A DNA stretch of 64,000 nt from Octopus bimaculoides (lineage: Eukaryota), in assembly GCF_001194135.2 (NCBI RefSeq), contig NC_068998.1, positions 42,650,493 to 42,714,492 of the forward strand, in the 5' to 3' direction. Positions 50,760 to 63,759 of the stretch are shown piece by piece. Under the pieces are notes generated by a model. That model was not told the origin of the DNA, ran no database searches, and saw nothing but the letters and a program-made list of their open reading frames with translations. How positions within the stretch are numbered: position 1 is the stretch's first letter; the number at the start of each line of letters is the position of its first letter. A program made the translations under genes and the position numbers.

Positions 50760-51135
50760 ATATCGACCCCAGTGCGTAACTGGTACTTATTTAATCGACC
50801 CCGAAAGGATGTAAAGCAAAGTCGACCTCGGAGGAATTTGAACTCAGAACGTAACGGCAGATGAAATACCGCTAAGCATTTCGCCCGGCGTGCTAACGTT
50901 TCTTATTTCTTTATTGCCCACAAGGGGCTAAGCATAGAGGGGACAAACAAGGACAGACAAACGGATTAAATCGATTATATCGACCCCAGTGCGTAACTGA
51001 TACTTATTTAATCGACCCCCGAAAGGAGGAAAAGCAAAGTCGATCTCGGCGGAATTTGGACTCAGAACGTAAAGACGGACGAAATACCGCTAAGCATCTC
51101 GCCCGTCATGCTAACGTTTCTGCCAGCTCTCCGCC
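50760..51135 (-). mobile_element. SINE family A head-to-tail dimer
   Basis: Minus-strand junction ...gaaataag|aaacgttagcacg at about 50901. Confidence 0.9.
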
Positions 51136-51348
51136 ATACGTAACTAATATTTCTACCAAGATTGAAGTGGTTAAGTACCTGAGCTCAAAATAGTCCCAAC
51201 TTTTGCAACAGGGGAATGCAATGTTTATAATTCACCATTTATTTAATTCATTTATTAATGTTCCTTCGGAGTGTTTTATTAACTACTAAACCAACAACAA
51301 CGATCGACGCGATCCTAACCAACTAATAAGTAAATAAATAAATAAATA

Positions 51349-51732
51349 TTCTCTTTTACTCTTTTACTTGTTTCAGTCATTTGACTGTGGCCATGCTGGA
51401 GCTCCGCCTTTTAGCTGAGCAAATCGACCCCAGGACTTATTCTTTGGAAGCCTGGTACTTATTCTATCACTCATTTTTGCTGAACCGCTAAGTTACGGGG
51501 ATGTAAACACAACAGCATCGGTTGTCAAGCGATGTTCGCGGGACAAACACAGACAGTCAAACATATACACACACATACATATATATATACATATATACGA
51601 CGGACTTCTTTCAGTTTCCGTCTACCAAATCCACTCACAAGGCTTTGGTCGGCTCGAAGCTATAGTAGAAGACACATGCCCAAGATGCCACGCAGTGGGA
51701 CTGAACCCAGAACCATGTGGTTGGTAAGCAAA
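51349..51732 (-). mobile_element. SINE family C, nearly full length; a + strand head fragment follows at about 51882-51960
   Basis: Matches the family C consensus. Confidence 0.9.
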
Positions 51733-52032
51733 CTAGTAAATTGAATAAAAATAAGAGCAGGACAAGGAAGGAACAAAGTGGTTCTCAACCATTTTTTGCC
51801 TATGGACCTCCGTTGATTTCTATTTTACTCCAGTGGACTCTCACAACCATCCTGGCTCTAAAAAAGACTCATAATATACACAGGCGCAGGAGTGTCTGTG
51901 TGGTAAGTAACTTGCTTACCAACCACATGGTTCTGGGTTCAGTCCCACAGCGTGGCACCAGTTCTCACCTCCTCACGTACTCACTTTAACACCACTAAAC
52001 TAACGATTACACACACACATAGATATGTGGAA

Positions 52033-52515
52033 CCGCATGACTCGGTGGTTAGCGCGTCGGGCTCACAATCTTGAGGTAGTGAGCTCGATTCCTGGACAAG
52101 GCTGTGCGTTGTGTTCTTGAGCAAGACACTTTATTTCACATTGTTTCAGTTCACTCAGCTATAGAATGGTGATGGTACATGACTCAGTGGTTAGAGCGTC
52201 GGGGGCCACAATCACGAGGTAGTGAGTTCGATTCCTGGACCGATCTATGTATTGTGTTCTTGAACAAGACCTCTTATTTTCACGTTGCTCCAGTTCACTC
52301 ACCTGTAGAAATGAGTTGCGATTTCACTGGTGCCAAGTTGTATCAGCCTTTGCCTTTCCCTTGGATAACATCGGTGGCATGGAGAGGGTAGGTTAGTATG
52401 CATGGGTGACTGCTGGTCTTCCATAAACAACCTTGCTCAGACTTGTGCCTTGGTGACGAACTTTCCAGGTGCAATCCCATGGACATTCATAACCGAAGTG
52501 GGGGTGGTCTTTACT
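52033..52515 (+). mobile_element. Family B-like SINE with two tandem tRNA heads (52033-52165, 52166-52515)
   Basis: gactc.gtggttag.gcgtcggg...cacaatc..gaggtagtgag.tcgattcctggac occurs twice. Confidence 0.85.
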
Positions 52516-52859
52516 CCTTTCACACTCACAGATCAACACTCTACTTACACAACACGTTCATACAACACAAACCCCTAACACCTGCTTCCAGACACAGCTC
52601 AGTTTTATACTTGCATTTACACGCTCACTATTCCTCCCTTCTTAACTACCTCCCCACCATAAGACAGCTGGCTTTCATTAATTTCTAACACTTGACCTGT
52701 TGTTTTTCCAACTATCTCTCCTTCTCATTCACAATACGCTTCTCTTTCTCCTGATATAAGACTTTTGCTCGAAACGTTATGATACATTCTCGGGATTCTT
52801 GCTTGAGAACTAACTCTGCGTTGAATTACCACTCGGATCTCATTCAATATACTTCTTTT

Positions 52860-52895
<36 letters not shown>

Positions 52896-53574
52896 NNNNN
52901 NNNNNNNNNNNNNNNNNNNNNNNNNNNNNNNNNNNNNNNNNNNNNNNNNNNNNNNNNNNNNNNNNNNNNNNNNNNNNNNNNNNNNNNNNNNNNNNNNNNN
53001 NNNNNNNNNNNNNNNNNNNNNNNNNNNNNNNNNNNNNNNNNNNNNNNNNNNNNNNNNNNNNNNNNNNNNNNNNNNNNNNNNNNNNNNNNNNNNNNNNNNN
53101 NNNNNNNNNNNNNNNNNNNNNNNNNNNNNNNNNNNNNNNNNNNNNNNNNNNNNNNNNNNNNNNNNNNNNNNNATATATATATATATATATATATCGATCA
53201 CTCAAAGAATAACAGAAAAACAAAGTATTAACATTTTGAAACTTCATTTGTAATGATCGTTTCAATAATTTTATGTCCTCATAAAATCATTTTATCAGCC
53301 TAAGTTAATCGAAATATAATAAAGTTAATGACAATCATAATACGAAACGCTTGGCCTTGACTCGGAGTTTTAAATGAAAGTAATATTGTTTCACACTCAT
53401 TAAATGGCCACGTTATGAATCAAAATCAGACGCAACAAATCTTTCTTTTAATGCCGTTCGGGAAAGGGAAAATTGGTACTTTTATTTTTATTTCATTTTA
53501 TTCACAAATAAAAATACTGCAATTATTTAGAAGTAATAGATTAGAAGCGACAATTCATTCTAGAAAAGCGATGA

Positions 53575-53622
<48 letters not shown>

Positions 53623-53740
53623 TATCCATGCATGCATCCACCCGTCTATCCATCCATCTATCCATCTATTTATCTATCTATCTATCTATCTACCCATCTA
53701 TCTATCTATCTATCTATCTATAATTCTATAATTATCCTAT

Positions 53741-53968
53741 AATATTCTATAATTATATACTTAATTATAATAAAAGGTCAGCTAAATGTCTCGCCATGTA
53801 CTGAATTAGAAATAGACGCTAAAGTATTTTCTACTACAATAACATCTCCGAGACAATAATTCTATGGTAGTAGAAAAGACATTAGCGTCTATTTCTAATT
53901 CAGTACACGGTGAGACATTTAGCTGATCCCTGATTATAATTAAGTATATAATATAATTATAGAATATT
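53741..53968. repeat. Long inverted repeat, ~97-bp arms and 29-bp spacer (hairpin MITE-like)
   Basis: cagctaaatgtctcgccatgtactgaattagaaatagacgctaa / ttagcgtctatttctaattcagtacacggtgagacatttagctg. Confidence 0.9.
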
Positions 53969-54283
53969 TTGTATAATTTACCTAAAAGGTTTTTTTACGT
54001 ACTGACTACATATATATTTAATGTGTAATAAATGGATTTATATAATCCAGTGGTAATCACAAAAAGGCTCCTTTAGTTGACCTGGCTTCATACACACGTA
54101 TTAAACCAGTACGTAGTTAAAATCCAGGATATACAATCATTGAAAATGATTTCATGAGGAGTATATAGAATATAAAGTAAGTCTGGAAGTGTGAGATGAA
54201 TATATATACATTTCACCTATCGATATCCATAGGGTGACTGCCGTTTCGCGAAACGGCTGTCACTGACATTCGTTATATTACAT

Positions 54284-54333
<50 letters not shown>

Positions 54334-55094
54334 CACATACACACACATATATACGTATATAATCAAATACATGTATATTTACATTCATTCATTTATTCAT
54401 ACATACATACACTCATACATATGTGTGTGAGAGAGCCTGAATATGTATTTGGTTTAAACAAGTTGTTTCACTCACTTTCCCTCATTTATATGTAATGTTC
54501 CTCTTCTGCCATATGATACATAACAATTACTACGTTTTCATTCACGAAGAACTTTTTCCAATTTTGTCAAGCTTCTGTCTTTATGATATTTTTCATGCGG
54601 AATCAGACAGTAGTCATATGGCAAGAAACCCTAAGAATGACATTTTGTGAGAGTCTAGCAAATTCTATCATCGTATAAATGCCATTTCTTTTATTATTCT
54701 GCAGCTCGTAAATTTGATTCCGAACACAAAAGTAGCCTACAGCACCCCACCCCAAATTCTTTAAAAAATGTAAAACAGAGCAAAATCTAATGATCGTATA
54801 AGAAGAATTCTTATGATTACATTAGAATAGGAAACCATATATATATGTGCGTGCTAAGAGGTCATATTTGTAGTTGCACTGTGGCCGAGTGGTTAAGCAG
54901 TTTGATAGTAGTTCCAAGGTCTATCCCTTTGAAGTCCATCATGGTTAAATGCTATTTTTCCAATTTTTGGCTTAACTAAAATTGGGTAGACGGGATCGGG
55001 TAAATAGCATTAATACCTGTAATCTAAAAGGTACGAGAGAATGACGGACATTGTAGTGAGGTAGGTTTATCCAGACACGTTTGAAAGCGTTGTT

Positions 55095-55412
55095 GATATC
55101 AATGGTCATGAAAAGCCATGGAATTGCACCTAGAGAGTTCCCCTCCGAGGCATAAGTCTGGGCAAGGATGTTTTATGGAAGAACAGCAGTCACCCATGCA
55201 TACCAGCCTCCCCTCTTCATGCCACTGATGTTATGTAAGAGAAAGGCAAAGGCCAATACAGCTTGAAACCAGTGGCGTCGCAACTCACTTCCACAGCTGA
55301 GTGAACTGGAGCAACGTGAAATAAAGTGTCTTGCTCAAGAACACAACGCACAGCCTGGTTCTGGAATAGAACTCCCACCTTCGTAATTGCGAGCCCGACG
55401 CTCTAACCACTG
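55095..55412 (-). mobile_element. Family B-like SINE, same subfamily as 52166-52515
   Basis: Shared tail gcatgggtgactgctg.tcttccataaa and core gtgttcttgagcaagacac. Confidence 0.85.
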
Positions 55413-55439
55413 GCAATAATACAACTCTATTTTCACAAA

Positions 55440-55812
55440 ATTTCCTGAGGTTTGCCTTTTATCTTTTCGAGGTCGATAAATTAAGTACCAGTTGCGTACT
55501 GGGGTCGATCTAATCGACTGGCCCCACTCTCCCCAAATTTCGGGCCTTGTGCCAGAAAAGAATGTACGTACTGAGATTTGTCAATACGTGTGCGTTTCAA
55601 GGCGACGAGCTGGCAGAAACGTTAGCACACCGGGCGAAATGCTTGGCAGTATTTCGTCTGCCGCTGCGTTCTGAGTTCAAATTCCGCCGAGGTCGACTTT
55701 GCCTTTCATCCTTTCGGGATCGATAAATCAATTACCAGTTGCGCACTGGGGTCGATCTAATCGACTGGCCTCCTCCTCCAAAATTTCGGGCCTTAGGCCT
55801 AGAGTAGAAATG
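55440..55812 (+). mobile_element. Two SINE family A copies with tail ii (55440-55562 partial, 55598-55812 full)
   Basis: ...gtcgatctaatcgactggcc...aaatttcgggcctt..gcc...agtagaaa. Confidence 0.9.
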
Positions 55813-56898
55813 AATTTCTCAATTTTTCTAGTAAAACGTTTCAACGTTTAGTTCTGTGNNNNNNNNNNNNNNNNNNNNNNNNNNNNNNNNNNNNNNNNNN
55901 NNNNNNNNNNNNNNNNNNNNNNNNNNNNNNNNNNNNNNNNNNNNNNNNNNNNNNNNNNNNNNNNNNNNNNNNNNNNNNNNNNNNNNNNNNNNNNNNNNNN
56001 NNNNNNNNNNNNNNNNNNNNNNNNNNNNNNNNNNNNNNNNNNNNNNNNNNNNNNNNNNNNNNNNNNNNNNNNNNNNNNNNNNNNNNNNNNNNNNNNNNNN
56101 NNNNNNNNNNNNNNNNNNNNNNNNNNNNNNNNNNNNNNNNNNNNNNNNNNNNNNNNNNNNNNNNNNNNNNNNNNNNNNNNNNNNNNNNNNNNNNNNNNNN
56201 NNNNNNNNNNNNNNNNNNNNNNNNNNNNNNNNNNNNNNNNNNNNNNNNNNNNNNNNNNNNNNNNNNNNNNNNNNNNNNNNNNNNNNNNNNNNNNNNNNNN
56301 NNNNNNNNNNNNNNNNNNNNNNNNNNNNNNNNNNNNNNNNNNNNNNNNNNNNNNNNNNNNNNNNNNNNNNNNNNNNNNNNGGTGGTGGTAGGTGTGGTGA
56401 TGATGGTGGAGGCGATCTCAGCAGTGACAGTGGTAGTAGTGGTGATGATGGCGGTAAGGTGATGATGGCAGTGATGGTGAGGGTGGTGGTTATAATCATA
56501 GCTGTGACGGTGGTAGCAATGATGGGGCCGAGGGGGTGATGTTGATGTCAGTATGGACCATGGTTGCAGTGGTGGATGCCTTGGTGATGCAGTGGTTGTG
56601 GTGGCTATGGTGACGATGATGATGGTGGTGGTGGTGTATGTACGTACGTGTCTGTGAGCGTATGCAGGAGGTGAAGGGAAAGTGAAAGTAGAGAGGAGAA
56701 GGAGGAGGTGTTGTGATATCCATTTCACGTTGACCTTTCCTTGCTGTCGTGATTCGTGATTCGTAATTTTTGATGTGATGTTGTTTGAGAAACGATGTGA
56801 TCTACCACACATGCACTCACATATCAATACACACACACACACACACACATTCACACGAGCATACACATATGCATATATTTTCTATTAATGCATGCGAT

Positions 56899-56930
<32 letters not shown>

Positions 56931-56954
56931 CACGTGTGTTTGTGTATATATATA

Positions 56955-57090
56955 TATGAATGTATGTGTGTGCCTATATATATGAATGTATATGTGTGTG
57001 CCTATATATGAATGTATATGTGTGTGCATATATATATGAATGTATATGTGTGTGCATATATATATATGAATGCATATGTGTGTGTGTATA
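56955..57090. repeat. ~24-28-bp minisatellite built from TA/TG tracts (atatgaatgtatatgtgtgtgc), 5 copies
   Basis: Direct reading. Confidence 0.8.
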
Positions 57091-58289
57091 TATATATATA
57101 AATACATGTGTATGTGTGTGTATATATAACTATGAATACATCTGTAAGTGTATATATGTGTGTGTATGTGTATAATATATTTACATGCATATGCGTAAAT
57201 AAACATATTTTAACTTATATAGACACATGCATATAAATATATATCGATAGATAGATAGATAGATAGAGAGATAGACATACGTGTATATGCATTCATATAG
57301 ATGCACACACATATATATACACATATATACATAACACAATATGACAAAACTTCTCAGTGACAGAGAGAACAAGAGAGAGAGCGAGAGAGGTGAGAAGGAA
57401 AGATTAAAATGATAGAGAGCAGTAACGATTTATAGTGAGAAAGAAACCTTACAATGTCATAATCCTCCAATCTTTACGTGCTAACTCGTTACTTAATGGA
57501 ACACGGGTCAACCAAGTGACCAAAATCTTCTGCACTCTTAAGGTTTACATTAACCCTGTATCATGTGGCTCTAGTAATCCTTTGTCTTGTTTCTGTGTCT
57601 TTCGTATGACTTCCTCTCCCAACTGTCTCCATGTTGAGATGGCGCCTGTCCATTCCTAATGTAAGTCATATTAATTTTGCAACATAAACGCACATTTATA
57701 CTAACACACACATGCATGGATACATATACATACATATATATGTGTGGATAGGTAGATGTATATATATGTGTATGTGTGTGTATGAATATATATATATATA
57801 TATATATATGCATATAAATACATCAGCATAAGCATACAGATAAATGTATTACAGATACACACATATATATATACATACACGTATTATACACACACGCATG
57901 TGTACATAAATATACATACATATATATATATATGTAAATGTACACACCTGCATTTATATGCATATTCACATATATACATATATATAAATATATATGTACA
58001 TATATATGATATATTTTCACGTACATATAGTCAAATACATGCACACACAAACACACGTGTACACACACACACAAACACACACGCATACACACATGCATAC
58101 GCGCAAGCATACATATCTGTGTGCATTTCTGTGTTTGTATACAAGTGAGTGTTTATATAAAACACGTGAATATGTGACTTTTGCCTGCGTGTATGTCCTA
58201 AGCATGTACGCTATTTTGTATATGTGCATGCGTGCGAGACACAATGCTAAAACACATTAAAACGCTACAACACACAAAAGCTTTATAAT

Positions 58290-58321
<32 letters not shown>

Positions 58322-58526
58322 ACACATTGTCATTCGTCTAATGCTGAACCGCGTTTTTAAAGCGACCTGCTTCTTGAGAAAGGTTGCCGAAGCCCTGAGA
58401 CTAAGATACATTTTCAGAAATGTGATGAAACCTATAACTACATCAAGCCACGTTCATATATACACGTAAATACAGATTTAGTGCAACAAATCTAAGCAGC
58501 AATCCATACTGAACAGATATGTGAGA

Positions 58527-58992
58527 CAGGGCCGTTGCTAAGCCCTTGCAACCTCTGCGGTCGCAGAAGGCCCCTGCTGTTGAGCGACCCCATGTTAATA
58601 TCAAAGTACATAGATGAGCCATCTATTTACTTTGGTTAAGATGTTGAACAAGAATTAAACTATGTTAACGGAAAATTCCAAAAGATAAAATGGTAATACA
58701 TTGTACCTGCAAATGTTCGTGTAAAAGTATTACGTTGTATTACGAACGTCCCTGTCTAAATAGGCTTTGTATACTCTGGTCCTTATTACTCCCATATCTG
58801 GAAGTTTTACTTATTGAAATTTGTAATAGACCTCAATAAGTTTCATTTGTACGTTTAAAGATGTTCTTTAGGATAACATGAAATATTGAACTTAATATAG
58901 AATAAAGTAAAATGTAGCCATGAATAAAAGGTGCGTAGATTATGAATTTTGATTGAAGGGATAGGGCCTCTAAAAGTTAGGCGACGCCCCTG
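58527..58992. mobile_element. hAT-like MITE (CAGGGCCGTTGC...GCGACGCCCCTG)
   Basis: Terminal inverted repeats; 8-mer flanks atgtgaga/atgtaaag (5/8). Confidence 0.6.
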
Positions 58993-59204
58993 ATGTAAAG
59001 GAACAAACGTACAGGTGCTCATACGTAGTTGTCTGATTTGAAAGAAAGGGCAGCGAAAACTGCTCTAAATCTTGCTATACGCGTCTTAGAAATTGAAGGA
59101 GTCCTAAATAGATAAAAATGGTCACGATTGGGTTATTTTTGATTTGATCATAATCCTGTTAGATTAACGTGGGGTTAATAAATATTAATATATATTAAAT
59201 CATG

Positions 59205-59412
59205 AGATGGCTAACTGGCAGAATCGTTACAGCTCCGGAAAAAATGCTTTGCAGAATTTTGTCCGTCGTTACGTTCTGAGTTCAAATGTTGCTGAGGTCA
59301 ACTATACCTCTCATTCTTTCGAGGTCGATAAAATAAATAGCAGATGAGAACTGGGGTCGATATCATCAATTAATCTCTGAAATTGATAACCTTGTGTCAA
59401 AATTTGAAACCG
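59205..59412 (+). mobile_element. SINE family A, tail iii
   Basis: ggcagaatcgttac...gagttcaaatg...ccttgtgtcaaaatttgaaacc. Confidence 0.8.
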
Positions 59413-59912
59413 ATATATATTAATTCATAATTCAAGCATCGAGTACGCTAATGTACAGAGAAATACGCTTAAGCGTGCAAAAAAAAAACTCATGAAAAAA
59501 CATTAAAATATGTTCAAATATATGTATTTAAGATAGAAATCTGAAAAGCATAAATTTTAGACATAGTTTGTAATTCATTGTCCTCTACAGTTGTTTCGAT
59601 GGTATTAAACGCCATTGTTTTCACAGTTATGTAATTAGAATTTATGATTAATTTAAAAGTGGTAGGTTACTCATATCTCCAGAAGAAATGAAATAATGTT
59701 GAGCATCAAACCGTTACTGATTGAAATACAATTGAGACAGAGAAGGAAAATAAACAGAGGGAGAAGAAAATAGTCACATACGTACATGTACCTCCTACTT
59801 CTTTTTCTGAAACGTTAGGCGATTCCTTCCATTATCTTTCAAGCATTTTCCTAGTAACACCCTTGTTAAAATTTGACCCTTAGTGTCTTTTCTTGTTTTT
59901 TCTCATGCATGC

Positions 59913-59951
<39 letters not shown>

Positions 59952-60364
59952 CATACATACATACATACATACATACATACATACATACATACCTGTTGAT
60001 GTTCCAATGAAGGAGCCTTGGATCTAGGTTAGAAACCGGTTCTTTGTCTTTGGGCAAGAAATCTTGAAATAAACTGAATAATGACATACATACTTAAATA
60101 CACACAAACATACATTATACTTAAATACACATATACATACACTAAATTGAATATGTGTCTGAGTAAACAGAACATTCACCAGAATATGTTGAAAACATCA
60201 AAATTAAAACACTACCAAAGCTAAAGCACAAATGGACACAAAGGTACATCAAAGTACACCAGAAAATACACTAGGAAACACGTGTGTACAGACACATAGA
60301 CAAATATATACACCAATGCAAAAGCACTCAGAATGACACGAAAGCATACCAGAAGCATGGAATG

Positions 60365-60912
60365 GCATTTGATCTCCTTCGAAGTACTGGATATACTCGA
60401 TTATAACTTGCACTTATTTCCCTGAAATTTTTACCTAAAATTGGGGGTGCGACATACAAGTGCATCCTATAAAAAAAATCTTCAGATATTTTCTAGGTAC
60501 GAGCCACGTCTGAAGTTCCGACACTTGGAATAACCGAAAAGGATAAAATTTTATATTATAAACAACGGTTTCTAAAATGCATGGACTTAATGGGATAACA
60601 ATTGTTGTAAATCGTCTTCAGCTTACTGAATGATCAGTTACCGAACAACAACAATGTCGGCACGATTCCTAATCGAATTTTGCTCTCCAACATCAACAAT
60701 ATCACTGCGATTTACAGTTGGGTCAATGATAATATTCCCGATTTGAACCTTGTTAAGTCGGAGGGCGTTTTATAGTCGAGTATATACGGTAGTTCCTTTC
60801 TGAAGCCGCGCACTTTATCCAGTGTTGTTTCCAATGATGGAAGCATTCCTGGATCCCCTTTTTGGAGATAACGAGCAGCTACCTTGTCGCATTTGCTTGG
60901 AGTTCCTTCTGA
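60365..60912 (-). pseudogene. Mariner transposase C-terminal remnant split by a MITE
   Basis: After removing 60387-60789 and one TA, the minus strand reads KELQANATR*LLVISKKGIQECFHHWKQHWIKCAASERNYFEGDQ. Confidence 0.8.
60387..60789. mobile_element. 403-bp Tc2/pogo-like MITE with TA target duplication
   Basis: TIRs ctggatatactcgattataa / ccgtatatactcgactataa (17/20); TA at 60385-86 and 60790-91; internal aaaattgggggtgcgac. Confidence 0.85.
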
Positions 60913-61441
60913 GTTGTTCCTTCTGAGTGGGATTTGATTTATGCTAAGATTCTTGACTGTAATAACCTTCAACACATGTCTCTTTGCAGTCACTCTCTCT
61001 CTCTCACATATTTTCTCTGCCACGATCACTAAGGGAATCTCTGTGGTGTGATGAGACGACCAGACTCTACACACTTTACTGCCAAGCATTCTTATAAACA
61101 ACCGAAGAGAGTGAAAACGTCACAGACTTGGTGTGCATCCACAACAGAGTTCAAGGTCAGTCTGTGCCAAGCAGTTTCACTCTGTGTACCTTAGCTCTGT
61201 TACCATAGCAACAGTGCAGATACATTTTGATATTTTTATGTTAAAACTGCTCTTACGTCTGTTGATGTTTATGGTGCAGGAGTTTGTGCTTTGAAACTTA
61301 GCAGTTTGACAAACAAATATCGAAGTTGACTGAAATAGCTACACAAAATAAAGACATTCACCACCACCAGGACTAGATTTTTGCATGGGCTATAATGATC
61401 CATAGTTCTGAGGCCCCCACGTTTGATGGAAAGGCCATCAC

Positions 61442-61672
61442 TTAACATTTTAGCATTTAATCTCCCCATGCCCAGCCCAAATATTCTACTTGTCTAACAT
61501 TCAAAATGGCCATATCTAGCTTCTCACACATACCCTACAATGTCATTCTCAAAATTAAACAATAACGTATTAAAATTTCAAAGCTATGAGATAATGCATG
61601 ATTAATGCAAAACAACAACATGAATAAATAAGCATTACATTTAAGAAACTAATCTTAAAGTTAAAGGATTAA
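61442..61672. mobile_element. TTAA-bounded piggyBac-like MITE, degenerate
   Basis: ttaa-cattttagcatt ... aagttaaagga-ttaa. Confidence 0.55.
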
Positions 61673-61679
61673 TGTCTCT

Positions 61680-61880
61680 CTTCCATGCTGGCAATGAGCA
61701 GCATGGTTTGACAGGAGCTGGCAAGCCAGAGAACTGTACGTGGCTCCATTGTCTGCCTTGGCATTGTTCCTATGGTTGGATGCCCTTCCTAAAGCCAACC
61801 CCTTAACAGTGTACTGCATGTTTCTTTTAGGTGGCGTCAGCTCTGGTGCTTTTTACATGGCACCAGCACCCATGGGGTTA
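61680..61880 (+). mobile_element. RTE-type 3' tail fragment
   Basis: ggatgcccttcctaaagccaacc motif at 61778-61800, typical of RTE 3' ends. Confidence 0.6.
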
Positions 61881-62439
61881 CCAAATAATTTGCAAGAGGA
61901 AGTAGCACTGAGCTGAGAGAGGTGGTTTTGTGCCAATCGAAATATTCATGAAGTCTTAAATCATAGGCTAACAAAGTGAAATGTAGCCTGTGGTTAAACA
62001 ACCAGAATAATAACAAAAACAACCGCTAGGAAAATATCTTCCACAGTAAAAAAAAACAAGAATAATTATTTAAACTGTACAAAATAAAAATAAATAAAAG
62101 GTTTAGATTTATAAATCAAATTATGGAGATATAAACACACGCATACGGAGACATACACATCCAGCCAAACACAGATACAAACATACATGAATATGGATAT
62201 ATATTTACACAACTTCACACCTTATGTATGCTTGTGTATGGGTGAACTTGTGAAACAGTTTTCTGTATTGGATGAATAAATTTGTATATCACACACACAC
62301 ACAAACACACACACACACACACATGCACATCTGTGTGTGTATATTGAAATGCATGTGCATCTACAAATGTATGTAATAAATAAATGTATATAAATATGTA
62401 TATGTGTGTATATGTATGCATATCTTTATTCATACATAA

Positions 62440-62519
<80 letters not shown>

Positions 62520-63334
62520 GCATGTGTTTGTGTGTGTGTATATATATCAATGAATTTGTATGTTATATATGTATGCATATATATACATGTATATATATAT
62601 ATATATGCATATATATTATACATGTATATACGTATATACATATATGCATAAATATATATATATATGTACATTTATAAATATATGTATATATATATGCATA
62701 TTTATATATGTGCATGTGTGTTTATCTATCTAGCCATACACACACATACTTATATGTATATATATTTATAGATGTACATCTATAAATATATGTATATATG
62801 TATATTTTTATATATGTGCATGCGTGTGTTTATCTATCCATACACACACACACTTGTATGTATGTATGTAATTTGTCATGGCAATCAGCACCAGTGCTGT
62901 CAGTGCACTGTATCATTAAACACCTCTAATTCAAGATCAAATACTGCAAACAGTGCAGCCACTAAACAGACTTGTGCAACTGCATTATTGATTGCAACAC
63001 GCTGTGCCTCTGATTAGGTATTATTTAAAATGTTTATCCACTGTTTAACTGTTAGTAGTCAATCCCCATAAGTATCACACTTGTCTCATAGATAATTCAT
63101 CAACCACTTAACACTAGCTGACTAGCTAGTGGCACATGCTGTTATTCTTCTTGTGTCCCGCACAGCGATGAAGTATCACACCTACATTTGACGTTTGCAA
63201 CAAACGATTAAGCGTGAACATATGAACGAATTGCAAATGATATTAAATATTGCACAGACTAATTTGGAATCACAAAAGAACAGCATTGCTGCTGTTAACA
63301 GGAAACAGAATGTTTATCTTTATTCTTATATTCA

Positions 63335-63671
63335 TTTCTTTTTATTCTTTTATTTGTTTCACTCATTTTTTTACCGCCTTCAGTCGAACGAATCGACCCC
63401 AGGACTTATTCTTTGTAAGCTTAGTACTAATTCTATCGGTATTTGCTGCCGAACTGCTAAGTTAGGCTAAACACACCAACATTGGTTGTCAAGCGAAGGT
63501 GGGTGGGGGACAAACACAGAAACACAAATGTGGTAAGTAGCTTGAACACCAACCACATGGTTCTGGGTTCAATCCCACTGTGTCGCACCTTGGGCAAGTA
63601 TCTTCTATAGCCTCAGGCTGACCAAAGCCTTGTGAGTGGATTTGGTAGACGGAAACTGAAAGAAACCTGTC

Positions 63672-63759
<88 letters not shown>

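Noticed and set aside
60010-60050. agcc/ggtt stem plus GAAACCGGUU as a hammerhead
   Set aside because: The core reads CCAAUGA, the spacing is wrong and there is no stem I; at most a remote relic.
60712-61101. 129-aa ORF resembling a real protein
   Set aside because: It runs out of frame across a mariner remnant and into a MITE; another frame carries the mariner motif.
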